64,000 nucleotides of DNA from Longimicrobiales bacterium (GCA_965202805.1 OZ241869.1:2176001-2240000); one strand, 5' to 3'. Counted from the first letter of the stretch, positions 20,003 to 30,189 are shown. A program made the numbers and translations. Notes: a model not told the origin generated them from the sequence alone.

Positions 20003-21430
20003 ATGAACTTCCTCACCGGCAAACATATCCACCGGCGCACCTTCCTGCGCGGGATGGGCGGATCCCTGGCGCTTCCGCTTCTGGACGCAATGGTGCCCGC
20101 GGGCGCGGGATGGGCCCGGGCTTCGGCCAATCTGGAGAAGACCCGCTTCATCGCCGTCGAGATCGTGCACGGCGCCTCCGGATGCACGGAATGGGGCGCG
20201 ACCCAGAACCTGTGGTCGCCGGCGAAGACCGGGCGCGACTTCGATCTGAGCCCAACGGCCATGAAGTCGCTCGCGCCGTTCCAGGACTACCTCACCATCG
20301 TCAGCAACACGGACGTGCGCATGGCGGACGCCTACACGTCGCCCGAGATCGGTGGTGACCACTTCCGTTCGAGCGCGACGTTCCTGACGCAGGCGCACGC
20401 GAAGCAGACCGAGGGTTCGGACGTCTTCGTGGGAACCTCGATGGATCAGCTGTACGCGCATCGCTTCGGCCAGGAGACGCCGATTCCGTCGATGCAGCTG
20501 TGCATCGAGAACGTGGACCAGGCGGGCGGATGCGCCTACGGCTACGCCTGCGTGTACACCGACACCCTGAGCTGGGCCTCCCCCACCGAGCCGCTGCCGA
20601 TGATCCGCGATCCGCGGGTCGCCTTCGACATGCTCTTCGGAGCGGGCGGAACCCCCGAGGCGCGCGCCGAGCGCCGGCGGGCCAACCGCAGCATCCTGGA
20701 CTGGATCGCGGGCGAGGTGGCCGAGTTGAAGATGGTGCTGGGCGGCGAGGACCAGGTCCGGCTGGAGCAGTACCTGGAGAACGTGCGTGAGCTGGAGCGC
20801 CGGATTCAGATGATCGAGGAGCAGAACGCGAGCGGCGAGGAGCGGGCCCTTCCGGAAGCCCCGGCGGGCGTTCCCGACTCCTTCACCGAGCACCTGCAGC
20901 TCATGTTCGACCTCCAGGTGCTGGCCTTCCAGACCGACATGACGCGGGTCTTCACGCTCAAGCTGTCGCGCGACGCCACCAACCGGGTCTACCCGGAGAG
21001 CGGCCTCGACCTGCCCTTCCATCCCACGTCGCACCACGGCAACAACCATGAGGAAATCCTCAAATTCCAGCAGTTCAACGAGTTCTTCACGGGACAGATG
21101 CTTTACCTGCTGGAGAAGCTGAACGGGTCGATGGACGGGGACGCGAGCCTGCTCGACCGCAGCATGGTGCTGTACGGATCGCCCATGGGCGACCCCAACG
21201 TCCACAACCACCGGCGGGTGCCCATGTTCCTCGCCGGCAAGGCCAACGGCCAACTCGAGGGCAACGTGCACCTGCACGCTCCCGACGGCACGCCCATGGC
21301 CAACGTGATGCTCACCATGTTGCACAAGCTGGGTCTGGACGACCTGGAGGACTTCGGCGACAGCACCGGCGAATTCGGGCTGTCGCTGCCCGTGATGGCG
21401 GCCGAAGACGCCAGCAGCTCGAGCAGATAG
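20003..21430 (+). CDS. DUF1552 (HXXSHH) Tat protein, copy 2
   Basis: RRTFLRG, HPTSHH; GGAGG SD. Confidence 0.9.
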   Translation: MNFLTGKHIHRRTFLRGMGGSLALPLLDAMVPAGAGWARASANLEKTRFIAVEIVHGASGCTEWGATQNLWSPAKTGRDFDLSPTAMKSLAPFQDYLTIVSNTDVRMADAYTSPEIGGDHFRSSATFLTQAHAKQTEGSDVFVGTSMDQLYAHRFGQETPIPSMQLCIENVDQAGGCAYGYACVYTDTLSWASPTEPLPMIRDPRVAFDMLFGAGGTPEARAERRRANRSILDWIAGEVAELKMVLGGEDQVRLEQYLENVRELERRIQMIEEQNASGEERALPEAPAGVPDSFTEHLQLMFDLQVLAFQTDMTRVFTLKLSRDATNRVYPESGLDLPFHPTSHHGNNHEEILKFQQFNEFFTGQMLYLLEKLNGSMDGDASLLDRSMVLYGSPMGDPNVHNHRRVPMFLAGKANGQLEGNVHLHAPDGTPMANVMLTMLHKLGLDDLEDFGDSTGEFGLSLPVMAAEDASSSSR

Positions 21431-21497
21431 GGCGGGCCCGCGGGACGATCGCCGGAGGTCACGCATTCAAGGACATCACGCGCACACCGGAGAGCCG

Positions 21498-23255
21498 ATG
21501 AGAGAGATGATGCGCGAGAAGCGAAGGAAGACGGGAGCCGGGAGAAGGGAGAGGCCGGGCGCGCTGGTGGCCGCCCTGATCCTGACCCTCCTGGTCTCGG
21601 CTGCGACGCCGCCGGACTCGCCGGTGGCGGACGCCGCCATGCGCGGCGACCACGGGTCGGTGCGCGGGCTGCTTCAACAGGGGGCCGACGTAAACGCCGC
21701 CCAGGGCGACGGCATGACCGCGCTCCACTGGGCGGCCGACCGCGGTGACCTGGGGATGGCCCGGATGCTCGTCTACGCGGGGGCCGGCCTGGACGCGGTC
21801 ACGCGGATGGCGGAGTACACGCCCCTGCACCTGGCCAGCCGGGCGGGCCACGGGGCGGTGGTGCGCGCGCTGCTCGAGGCGGGCAGCGACCCGGCGGCGC
21901 TCACCGCCAGCGGCGGCGCCACCCCGCTGCACCTGGCGGCCGCGGCGGGTGATCCGGAATCGGTCGCCGCGCTCATCGAGTACGGCGCCGAGGCGGACGC
22001 CCGCGAGGAGAGGGCCGGGCAGACCCCGCTGATCTTCGCCGCGGCACAGAACCGGGTGGAGGCGATCCAGGCGCTGCTCGCGGGCGGGGCCGACCCGTCG
22101 CTTACCACTGCCGTGGTGGACATGGTCGAGCTGGAGGAGTCCCTCCGCGGTGGCGAGCAGGACCGGGTGCGCCAGCAGATCGCCGCCCAACTCGCCGCCA
22201 GGGCCACGCAGGAACAGAAGGAAGAGGGCGAAGAGGAAGAGAAGCCGGCCGAGGCCCCCAAGCCCCTCTCCATGGGGCAGCAGGTGGGGCACATGGGTGG
22301 CATGACCGCGCTGCTGCACGCGGCGCGCCAGGGTCACGCCGGAGCCGTAGAGGCGCTCCTCGACGCCGGCGCCGGGATCGATCAGGTCAGCGCGGACGGG
22401 ACCACGCCGATCTTCATCGCCGCGCTTAACGGCCATTTCGACCTGGTCCTGGCGCTGCTGGAACGCGGCGCCGATCCGAACCTCGCCAACCACGCGAACG
22501 GCACGCCTCTCTTCGCCACCATCAACCAGCAGTGGATCCCCAAGACCGGGTACGCCCAGCCCAACGTCCATCTCCAGCAGAACGCCACCCACCTGGAGGT
22601 CATGGAGGCACTCCTGCGGGCGGGGGCCGACCCGAACGCGCGACTGTCCAAGCGGCTCTGGTTCACCCAGTACGGCGGCAGCATCCTGAGCGTCAACATG
22701 ATCGGCGCGACGCCCTTCTGGCGCGCCTCCTACGCGGCCGACGTCGTCGCGATGAGGCTGCTGGTCGCGTACGGCGCCGACCACCGCGTCCCGACGCAGC
22801 GGCCGCCTCCGCGCCGCCGCATCGCCTGGGACGAGGATCCGGGCGCGGACAAGTCGGGGATTCCCGCAGTGCCGGTCGGTGGCCCGGGCATCTACCCGAT
22901 TCACGCGGCATCCGGTGTGGGATACGGGCAGGGCTTCGCGGCCAACGCCCATCGGCACGCGCCCGACGGCTGGATGCCGGCCATGCGCTACCTGGTGGAC
23001 GAACTGGGCGTGGACGTCAACGTGCGCGACCACGACGCGTACAACGCGCTGCATCACGCCGCCTCCCGCGGGGACACGGAGATGATCCGGTTCCTGGTGG
23101 AGCGCGGCGCGGACGTAATGGCGATCAGCCGCATCGGCCAGACGACCGCCGACATGGCCAACGGGCCCTATCAGCGCACCACGCCCTACCCGGATGCGAT
23201 CGCGCTGCTGGAGTCGCTCGGTTCCCTGAACAACAACAACTGCCAGTCCTGCTGA
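21498..23255 (+). CDS. Secreted ankyrin-repeat protein, copy 2
   Basis: ANK repeats, PIHAASGVGYG, ends NNNNCQSC. Confidence 0.9.
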   Translation: MREMMREKRRKTGAGRRERPGALVAALILTLLVSAATPPDSPVADAAMRGDHGSVRGLLQQGADVNAAQGDGMTALHWAADRGDLGMARMLVYAGAGLDAVTRMAEYTPLHLASRAGHGAVVRALLEAGSDPAALTASGGATPLHLAAAAGDPESVAALIEYGAEADAREERAGQTPLIFAAAQNRVEAIQALLAGGADPSLTTAVVDMVELEESLRGGEQDRVRQQIAAQLAARATQEQKEEGEEEEKPAEAPKPLSMGQQVGHMGGMTALLHAARQGHAGAVEALLDAGAGIDQVSADGTTPIFIAALNGHFDLVLALLERGADPNLANHANGTPLFATINQQWIPKTGYAQPNVHLQQNATHLEVMEALLRAGADPNARLSKRLWFTQYGGSILSVNMIGATPFWRASYAADVVAMRLLVAYGADHRVPTQRPPPRRRIAWDEDPGADKSGIPAVPVGGPGIYPIHAASGVGYGQGFAANAHRHAPDGWMPAMRYLVDELGVDVNVRDHDAYNALHHAASRGDTEMIRFLVERGADVMAISRIGQTTADMANGPYQRTTPYPDAIALLESLGSLNNNNCQSC

Positions 23256-23286
23256 AGACGCGGCGGCATCCAACGGGCGGAGCACG

Positions 23287-25842
23287 GTGAAGAACGTCAC
23301 GACTGTCGGACTGCTGGGCCTTCTCTGGGTCAACCTGGGCGTCCTTGCGAGCCCCGAACCCTCCGTGGACAGGAGAGGTGGCGCACCTCCCGGTATGGTT
23401 TCCCATACCGCCGATATGGATACCCATACCAACGGGTGGTCCGGACGCTTCTCGACCTCGGGCGCCGCCGTGGCCGGGAGGGCGGTCGGACCGGGTTCCG
23501 CCCGCGTTCGGGTAGCGCCTTCCACGCTCACCGATGTGGTGCAGCGCTACTGCCAGGTGTGCCACAACGACGCGCTTCTGACCGGCAACCTCTCGCTCGC
23601 CGGGTTCGACGTGGAGCAGGCGCCGTCGCGGCCCGAGACCGCGGAGAAGATGATCCTCAAGCTGCGTGCCGGGATGATGCCGCCCCCTGGGATGCCCCGG
23701 CCCGCCGGCGACACCCTGGTCGCGCTGGTGGAGGAACTGGAGGGCAGGATGGACGCGGCCGCGCGCGCGGCCCCCAACCCCGGCGGGCGCACCTTCCAGC
23801 GGCTCAACCAGGCCGAGTACGCGAGGTCGATCGAGGACCTCCTGAACCTGCGCATCGACGCCGGCGACTACCTGCCGCCCGACACCAAGAGCGCGAACTT
23901 CGACAACATCTCCGAGGCGCAGCTGCTCTCGCCCACGCTCCTCGACGCATACATGAACGCGGCCAACCAGATCAGCCGCCTGGCCATCGGCAACCCAGGC
24001 GCCCAGCCCGCCGAGCGGACCTACACGGTGTCCGGCTATGTCTCCCAGAGGGAGCGGGTCGAGGGGGCGCCCTACGGCACCCGCGGCGGCGTGAGCGTGG
24101 TGCACCACTTCCCCGCGGACGGCACCTACCAGTTCCGCATCGTCTTCGAGCACACCACCACGGGCGAGGGCTTCTTCGGCCAGATCGCGCGCTTCGAGCA
24201 GCTCGAAGTCTCGATCAACGGCGAGCGGGTGGCGCTGCTGGACGTGGACCAGTGGATGCACATTTCCGATCCGGAAGGCATCTCCATGCGCACGGATCCG
24301 GTCTTCGTGCGCGCGGGGCCGCAACGGGTGACCGCGGCCTTCGTCAAGCGCACCGAGGGGCCGGTGGAAGACCTCATGTCGCCCCACGAATGGTCGCTGG
24401 CGGACCGGCACACCGGCATCAGCGGCTACGGTCTGACCCTGCTTCCGCACCTTCGGGACCTGGTGATCGGCGGGCCGTACGAAGCGGCCGGAATCTCGGA
24501 GACGCCCAGCCGGCAGCGCATCTTCAGCTGTCGTCCCGAGTCGGCCGGGGAAGGCGAGAGCTGCGCCCGCGACATCCTCACCCGGCTGGCGGGCAAGGCG
24601 TACCGCAGGCCGCTGCTCGAGCGCGACATGGCCCCGCTCATGGCCTTCTACCGCACCGGCGAGGATGAGGGCGGCTTCGAGGCGGGCATCGCCACCGCCC
24701 TGACGGCCATCCTGGCGAGCCCGCACTTCGTGTTCCGCATGGAGGAGGCGCCGGCCGGCATCCAGCCGGGCGAGACGTTCCGGATCGACGATATCGACCT
24801 GGCCTCGCGGCTGTCCTTCTTCCTCTGGGGGACGCCGCCGGACGACGAGCTCATGGCGCTGGCGGGAGAAGGTGCGCTGAGCCGCGACGAAGCCCTGGAA
24901 GCGCAGGTGCGGCGCATGCTGGCCGATCCGCGCGCGGCCTCCCTGGGACCCCGGTTCGCGGCCCAGTGGCTGCGCCTGCAGGATCTGGAACTGGTTCATC
25001 CGGACCAGTTCTGGTTCCCCGACTACGACCAGCAGCTCGCCGACGCCATGCTGCGCGAGACCGAGCTGTTCTTCAACCACCTGGTCGAGGAGGATCGAAA
25101 CGTCCTCGATCTGTACGACGCCGACTACACCTTCGTGAACGAACGCCTTGCGCGTCACTACGGCATTCCCGGGGTGCTGGGCACCCAGTTCCGGCGGGTG
25201 AACTACCCGGGTCCCGAGCGGCGCGGCGTGCTGGGTCACGGCAGCATCCTCACCCTGACCTCGGTGGCGAACCGGACATCGCCGGTGCTGCGCGGCAAGT
25301 GGGTGATGGAGGTGCTGTTGGGGACGCCCCCTCCCCCTCCCCCTCCGGGGATTCCGGACCTGGAGGAGACCGAGGACTCGGAGGGCGGACGCATGCTCAC
25401 CACCCGTGAGCGCATGGAGAAGCATCGCGCCAACCCGGTGTGCAACGCCTGTCACCAGTTCATGGATCCCATCGGGCTGGCGCTGGACAACTTCGACGTC
25501 ACCGGGAAGTGGCGCATCCGCGAGCACGGCATGCCGCTCGACACGAGAGGCACCTTCTACGACGGCAGCACGGTCGCGAGCCCGGACGACTTGCGCGAGG
25601 CGCTCCTTCGGCGGCCGGAGCCGCTCATCCGGACGTTTACCGCGAACCTGATGACGTACGCGCTGGGGCGCAGGACCGAGTACTACGATCAGCCGGCCAT
25701 CCGCGCCATCGTGGCGGAGGCGGCCGAGGAAGACTACAGGATGTCGTCCTTCATCACCGGCGTGGTGAAGAGCGACGCCTTCAGAGCCAAGAGGGTACCC
25801 GAGGCGCTGGCGGAGAGCGCCCCGCAGCCGCCGGACCGGTAG
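23287..25842 (+). CDS. DUF1592-type di-haem c protein, copy 3
   Basis: GGAG SD with GTG start, signal peptide, CQVCH, CNACH. Confidence 0.9.
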   Translation: MKNVTTVGLLGLLWVNLGVLASPEPSVDRRGGAPPGMVSHTADMDTHTNGWSGRFSTSGAAVAGRAVGPGSARVRVAPSTLTDVVQRYCQVCHNDALLTGNLSLAGFDVEQAPSRPETAEKMILKLRAGMMPPPGMPRPAGDTLVALVEELEGRMDAAARAAPNPGGRTFQRLNQAEYARSIEDLLNLRIDAGDYLPPDTKSANFDNISEAQLLSPTLLDAYMNAANQISRLAIGNPGAQPAERTYTVSGYVSQRERVEGAPYGTRGGVSVVHHFPADGTYQFRIVFEHTTTGEGFFGQIARFEQLEVSINGERVALLDVDQWMHISDPEGISMRTDPVFVRAGPQRVTAAFVKRTEGPVEDLMSPHEWSLADRHTGISGYGLTLLPHLRDLVIGGPYEAAGISETPSRQRIFSCRPESAGEGESCARDILTRLAGKAYRRPLLERDMAPLMAFYRTGEDEGGFEAGIATALTAILASPHFVFRMEEAPAGIQPGETFRIDDIDLASRLSFFLWGTPPDDELMALAGEGALSRDEALEAQVRRMLADPRAASLGPRFAAQWLRLQDLELVHPDQFWFPDYDQQLADAMLRETELFFNHLVEEDRNVLDLYDADYTFVNERLARHYGIPGVLGTQFRRVNYPGPERRGVLGHGSILTLTSVANRTSPVLRGKWVMEVLLGTPPPPPPPGIPDLEETEDSEGGRMLTTRERMEKHRANPVCNACHQFMDPIGLALDNFDVTGKWRIREHGMPLDTRGTFYDGSTVASPDDLREALLRRPEPLIRTFTANLMTYALGRRTEYYDQPAIRAIVAEAAEEDYRMSSFITGVVKSDAFRAKRVPEALAESAPQPPDR
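23390..23431. repeat. 21-bp tandem duplication whose units are palindromic (TATGG-N4-CCATA)
   Basis: GGTATGGTTTCCCATACC at 23392-23409 and GATATGGATACCCATACC at 23413-23430. Confidence 0.75.
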
Positions 25843-25926
25843 GCGCGCCGGCAGCCGGAGACGAAGAAACGCGTCCGGCCGCCCCGCCCATCGCCAGCGG
25901 CGACGAACCATCCGAGGAGAGTGGAG

Positions 25927-27360
25927 ATGCACTTCATCACCGGGACACACATCCCCCGCCGTACCTTCCTGCGCGGCGCCGGCGCGACCGTCGCCCTGCC
26001 CTTCCTGGATGCCATGATCCCCGCGGGCGGCGTCTGGTCACGCAGGGCGGCCGCCGATCCCGCCACCCGGCTGGTGGCCATCGAGATGGTGCACGGGGCC
26101 GCGGGGTGCAACGAATGGGGCGCCACCCAGTACCTGTGGTCCCCCGAGGCAACCGGGCGCAACTTCGACCTCTCCCCGAGCTCGCTGCTTCCGCTCGAAC
26201 CCTACCGCGACCGCCTCACCATCATCAGCAACACCGACGTGCGGATGGCCGAGGCCAGAATGCCCCACGAGATCGGCGGCGACCACTTCCGTTCGAGTGC
26301 CGTCTTCCTCACCCAGGCCCATCCCAGGCAGACCCGGGGTTCGGACGTGTTCGCCGGCACCTCCATGGATCAGGTGCACGCGCAGCGCTTCGGGCAGGAC
26401 ACGCCGATCCCTTCGATGCAGCTCTGCATTGAGAACGTGGACCAGTCGGGGGGCTGCGCCTACGGCTACTCGTGCGTCTATACCGACACCATCAGCTGGG
26501 CTTCGTCCACCGAGCCGCTGCCCATGATCCGCGACCCGCGGGTGGCCTTCGAGATGCTCTTCGGGGCCGGAGGCACGCCCGAGGAACGAGCCGCGCGCAG
26601 GCGCACCGACGGGAGCATTCTGGACTGGATCGCCGGCGAAGTCGCGTATCTCAGGCGCGCGCTTGCGCAGGACGACCAGCAGCGCCTCGACCGCTACCTG
26701 GAGAACGTCCGCGAGCTGGAGCGGCGGATCGAGGGCATCGAGACCCGCAACACCAGCGGGGAGCCGCGCGAGCTGCCCGAAGCACCGGCCGGGGTCCCGG
26801 ACTCCTTCACCGAGCACATGCAGCTCATGTTCGACATCCAGGTGCTCGCCTTCGCCTCCGACGTCACGCGCGTGTTCTCCTTCAAGACGGGGCGGGACGC
26901 GTCGTCGCGGGTCTATACCGAGAGCGGCATCGACAAGGCCTTCCACCCGGCGTCGCATCACGGAGGCAACGAGGAGGCCATTCTGGACTTCGCCCGCATC
27001 AACACCTTCCAGGCGGGGCAGCTCCCGTATCTCCTGCAGAAGCTGGAGGAGACGACGGAGGGCGACGGCACCCTGCTCGACAAGACGATGATCGTCTACG
27101 GCTCGCCGATGGCCGACGGCAACCTGCACAACCACCGCCGCTGCCCGCTCATCGTGCTGGGCGGCGCGAACGGGCGCCACGAAGGCGGGCTGCACCTGAA
27201 GGCTCCCGACGGCACCCCCATGGCCAACGTGATGTTGAGCATGCTGCACGCCCTGGGGCACGACGACAGGGACAGCTTCGGCGACAGCACGGGCGAGTTC
27301 CGGTTGAGCCCGCCGGCGGTGGTCGTCGAGGCTTCCAACCGGTCCGACCAGAGCGGCTGA
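25927..27360 (+). CDS. DUF1552 (HXXSHH) Tat protein, copy 3
   Basis: MHFITG..RRTFLRG, HPASHH; GAGGAG SD (GTG at 25921 is an alternative start). Confidence 0.9.
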   Translation: MHFITGTHIPRRTFLRGAGATVALPFLDAMIPAGGVWSRRAAADPATRLVAIEMVHGAAGCNEWGATQYLWSPEATGRNFDLSPSSLLPLEPYRDRLTIISNTDVRMAEARMPHEIGGDHFRSSAVFLTQAHPRQTRGSDVFAGTSMDQVHAQRFGQDTPIPSMQLCIENVDQSGGCAYGYSCVYTDTISWASSTEPLPMIRDPRVAFEMLFGAGGTPEERAARRRTDGSILDWIAGEVAYLRRALAQDDQQRLDRYLENVRELERRIEGIETRNTSGEPRELPEAPAGVPDSFTEHMQLMFDIQVLAFASDVTRVFSFKTGRDASSRVYTESGIDKAFHPASHHGGNEEAILDFARINTFQAGQLPYLLQKLEETTEGDGTLLDKTMIVYGSPMADGNLHNHRRCPLIVLGGANGRHEGGLHLKAPDGTPMANVMLSMLHALGHDDRDSFGDSTGEFRLSPPAVVVEASNRSDQSG

Positions 27361-29228
27361 TGCGGTCGGGACGGAGGGTGTCCCGGCGGCGACGCGGGTT
27401 CCGGCTGGGTGCCGGGTCTGCCAGGAACGCGCTCCGGGCCATCGTGCCAGGGGAGTCCTCGCGGAGAGGCGGGTTCCGGCTGGGCGCGGGGGTTGTCGCG
27501 CTCCTGCTGTGGGCCGCCGCCCCCGCCGACTCGCCGGTGGCGGACGCGGCGATGCGGGGCGACGCGGAGGCCGTGGAGGCCCTGATCGCCCGGGGCGCGG
27601 ACGTGAACGTCGCCCAGGGCGATGGCATGACGGCGCTGCATTGGGCCGCGGAGCGGGCGGAAGCCGCGCTGGTCCGCATCCTGCTCGACGCCGGGGCGGA
27701 CGTCACCCCGGTCACGCGCATCGGCGACTACACTCCCCTGCACCTGGCCGCCAGGTCCGGAAGCGCGCCCGCGGTCGAGGCGCTGCTGGAGGCGGGCGGC
27801 AACCCTCGGGCGGTGACCGCCACCGGAGCCGTCACTCCCATGCACTTCGCGGCCGGCGCCGGGAACCCGGACGCGGTCGTCGCGCTTGCCCGCCACGGTG
27901 CCGACGTCGACGCCCGCGAGGCGGACCGGGGACAGACGCCGCTCATGTTCGCCGCGGCCAACGACCGGGTGGAGGCCGTGCGGGCTCTCCTGGAGCTGGG
28001 TGCCGACCTGACGCTCCGCACCCGGGTCGTGGACATCGTGGATCTCGCCGCCGTCGACCGCGAGGCGGGAGAGGCGCGGGACGCCGTACTGGAGGAGTTC
28101 CGGGCACAGGCGGCGGATCCGCGCACCTGGCGGCCGACCCCCGAACAGGTAAGGGTTGCGGTGCGCGCCGGGCACGAAGTGCAGCGTTCCCGCATGCAGG
28201 CCGCATCCGACCAGGAAGAGCCGGAAGCGGCCCCGGACGCCTTCCCCGGATACACCGGCCTGGTCGGCGCCCAGGGCGGGATGACGGCGCTCCTGCACGC
28301 GGTGCGCGAGGGGCACACCGAGACGGTCCTGGCCCTGCTCGACGCCGGCGCGGACATCAACGGCGTGAGCGGCGGCGACCACACCGGCCCGCTGCTGATG
28401 GCGACCATCAACGGCCACTTCGACCTGGCCATGACCCTGCTCGGCCGCGGGGCCGACCCGCGCATCGCCAGCGACGCGGGCGCCACCCCGCTGTACGGCG
28501 CGATCAACGCCTACTGGGTCCCGAAGTCCCGCTATCCGCAGCAGCAGGCGTACCAGCAGCAGCAGACGACATACCTGGAGCTGATGGAGGCACTGCTGGA
28601 AGCGGGCGCCGATCCCAACGCGCGCCTGACCCGGCACCTCTGGTACATGTCCTACACCTTCGACCTGCTGCGGGTGGACACCCAGGGAGCCACGCCCTTC
28701 TGGCGAGCCGCCTACGGGACCGACGTGGAGGCGATGAAGCTGCTGGTGGCGTACGGCGCCGATCCGTCGATTCCGACCATGAAGCCGCCCGCGCGGCGAA
28801 GGGGCGACGCGGACGCGGAGGATCCGTCAGGGCTGCCGCCCGTTCCGGTAGGTGGGCCCGGAGTATACCCGATTCACGCCGCTTCGGGCGTGGGGTACGG
28901 AGAGGGCTTCGCGGGGAACTCGCACCGGCATGCGCCCGACGGCTGGCTGCCGTCCGTGCGCTACCTGGTGGAGGAACTGGGGGTCGACGTCAACGCCCGC
29001 GATCACAACGGATACAACGCCGTTCATCATGCCGCCTCACGCGGCGATGTCGAGCTCATCCACTACCTGACCGGGCACGGCGCGGACGTCATGGCGGTCA
29101 GCCGGAGGGGACAGACGACGGCCGACATGGCGAACGGCCCGTATCAGCGGACCCAGCCCTTCCCGGAGGCGCTGTCGCTGCTGGAGAGCCTCGGGGCGCA
29201 CAACAACGACAACTGCGTGTCCTGCTGA
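27360..29228 (+). CDS. Secreted ankyrin-repeat protein, copy 3
   Basis: TGATG coupling with the DUF1552 gene, ANK repeats, ends NNDNCVSC. Confidence 0.88.
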   Translation: MRSGRRVSRRRRGFRLGAGSARNALRAIVPGESSRRGGFRLGAGVVALLLWAAAPADSPVADAAMRGDAEAVEALIARGADVNVAQGDGMTALHWAAERAEAALVRILLDAGADVTPVTRIGDYTPLHLAARSGSAPAVEALLEAGGNPRAVTATGAVTPMHFAAGAGNPDAVVALARHGADVDAREADRGQTPLMFAAANDRVEAVRALLELGADLTLRTRVVDIVDLAAVDREAGEARDAVLEEFRAQAADPRTWRPTPEQVRVAVRAGHEVQRSRMQAASDQEEPEAAPDAFPGYTGLVGAQGGMTALLHAVREGHTETVLALLDAGADINGVSGGDHTGPLLMATINGHFDLAMTLLGRGADPRIASDAGATPLYGAINAYWVPKSRYPQQQAYQQQQTTYLELMEALLEAGADPNARLTRHLWYMSYTFDLLRVDTQGATPFWRAAYGTDVEAMKLLVAYGADPSIPTMKPPARRRGDADAEDPSGLPPVPVGGPGVYPIHAASGVGYGEGFAGNSHRHAPDGWLPSVRYLVEELGVDVNARDHNGYNAVHHAASRGDVELIHYLTGHGADVMAVSRRGQTTADMANGPYQRTQPFPEALSLLESLGAHNNDNCVSC

Positions 29229-29253
29229 CCGGGTCATCCGGCCGTCCCGCCGA

Positions 29254-29634
29254 TCAGGCCCCGCCCCTCTCCTCCAGCAGGCGCTCGAACTCTTCGCGGC
29301 GCTCCTGGTCCAGGCTGACCTCGAGGGTGAAGAGCTGGTACTCCTCCTGGGACATCCCGTGGGTCTCGTAGATCTCGGTGAGCCTCTGGTCCATCTCGGA
29401 ACGCAGTTCCTCCTTGCCGGGATCGTCGTGGACCACGGCGATCGCCTGGTTGAACTCCTCGCGGGCCTCAACCACCTCGATGTGCACCTGAACGAAGAGC
29501 ATGAAGCGCTCGTCGCTTGTGCCTGCCGCCGGTGCTTCCTCCTGCTGGCCGTGGAGGGCCGTGGGTCCGATGGTGAACAGAGAGGCAAGCGCCAGCAGAC
29601 CGCCCAAAACCGTGAGTCTCGGGGCCTTTCTCAT
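29254..29634 (-). CDS. Small secreted acidic helical protein (DUF4168-like)
   Basis: AAGGAG SD, signal peptide, HGMSQEEY motif. Confidence 0.55.
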   Translation of the reverse strand: MRKAPRLTVLGGLLALASLFTIGPTALHGQQEEAPAAGTSDERFMLFVQVHIEVVEAREEFNQAIAVVHDDPGKEELRSEMDQRLTEIYETHGMSQEEYQLFTLEVSLDQERREEFERLLEERGGA

Positions 29635-29871
29635 CGCAGATACTCTCCTTCCGGCTACGCCTTGTCCAGGCACGGATACATGTCGACCGGGGTACGACGG
29701 GCCAGGGCTCAGGACGCCCTGCCGACGCGACCAACGTTCTATATTATCTCCTCCGGACTCGTCCGGAAACAAGCCCCGGTTGCGTGGACTGCCGCGGATG
29801 ATGATCTTGGGCCGGACCGTTCCTTGCAGGAAGGGCGGTATTGGCGATGGCGCCGTTACGGGAGCGAGGCG

Positions 29872-30123
29872 ATGCCCGTCTACGAGTATGTATGCAACGA
29901 TTGCGGGAAGGAGTTCGAGGTACTGCTGCTGAGGAAGGAGACGGCGGCCTGCCCCTCATGCGGAAGTGGCGACCTGAAGCGCCTCCTGTCCGTACCCGGG
30001 GTCAAGTCCTCGTCGACCCATGAGTTGGCGATGCGCGCGGCGAAGAAGCGTGACCAGGCCCAGGCCTGGGAGCGGGTGAACGAACAGCGCAAATACGAAG
30101 AGAGCCACGACCGGCACGGCTGA
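29872..30123 (+). CDS. FmdB-family zinc-ribbon protein
   Basis: MPVYEYVCNDCGKEFE...CPSCGS..LKRLLS. Confidence 0.9.
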   Translation: MPVYEYVCNDCGKEFEVLLLRKETAACPSCGSGDLKRLLSVPGVKSSSTHELAMRAAKKRDQAQAWERVNEQRKYEESHDRHG

Positions 30124-30189
30124 GCCCGCCCGGTCCGGGGCTCGGCCGAGGGCCCCGCGAACGTTACCGTGAACCGAAGAGGAGTAGAG

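Noticed and set aside
23241..23255. Selenocysteine read-through of the TGA after CxSC in ankyrin copies 2 and 3, given that selD is present
   Set aside because: Copy 1 has TAG at the equivalent position and the downstream sequences are unrelated, so these are ordinary stops.
21459..25950. Long antisense and alternate-frame ORFs, e.g. 21459-23531, 23125-25950, 10159-12570 and 41744-44734
   Set aside because: These are shadow ORFs typical of high-GC DNA. They overlap well-supported genes and carry no recognisable motifs.
5783..29228. Ankyrin proteins as eukaryote-like host-interaction effectors
   Set aside because: Each is locked into the same three-gene module with conserved non-ankyrin motifs, which favours a partner-subunit role. 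A host role is not excluded.
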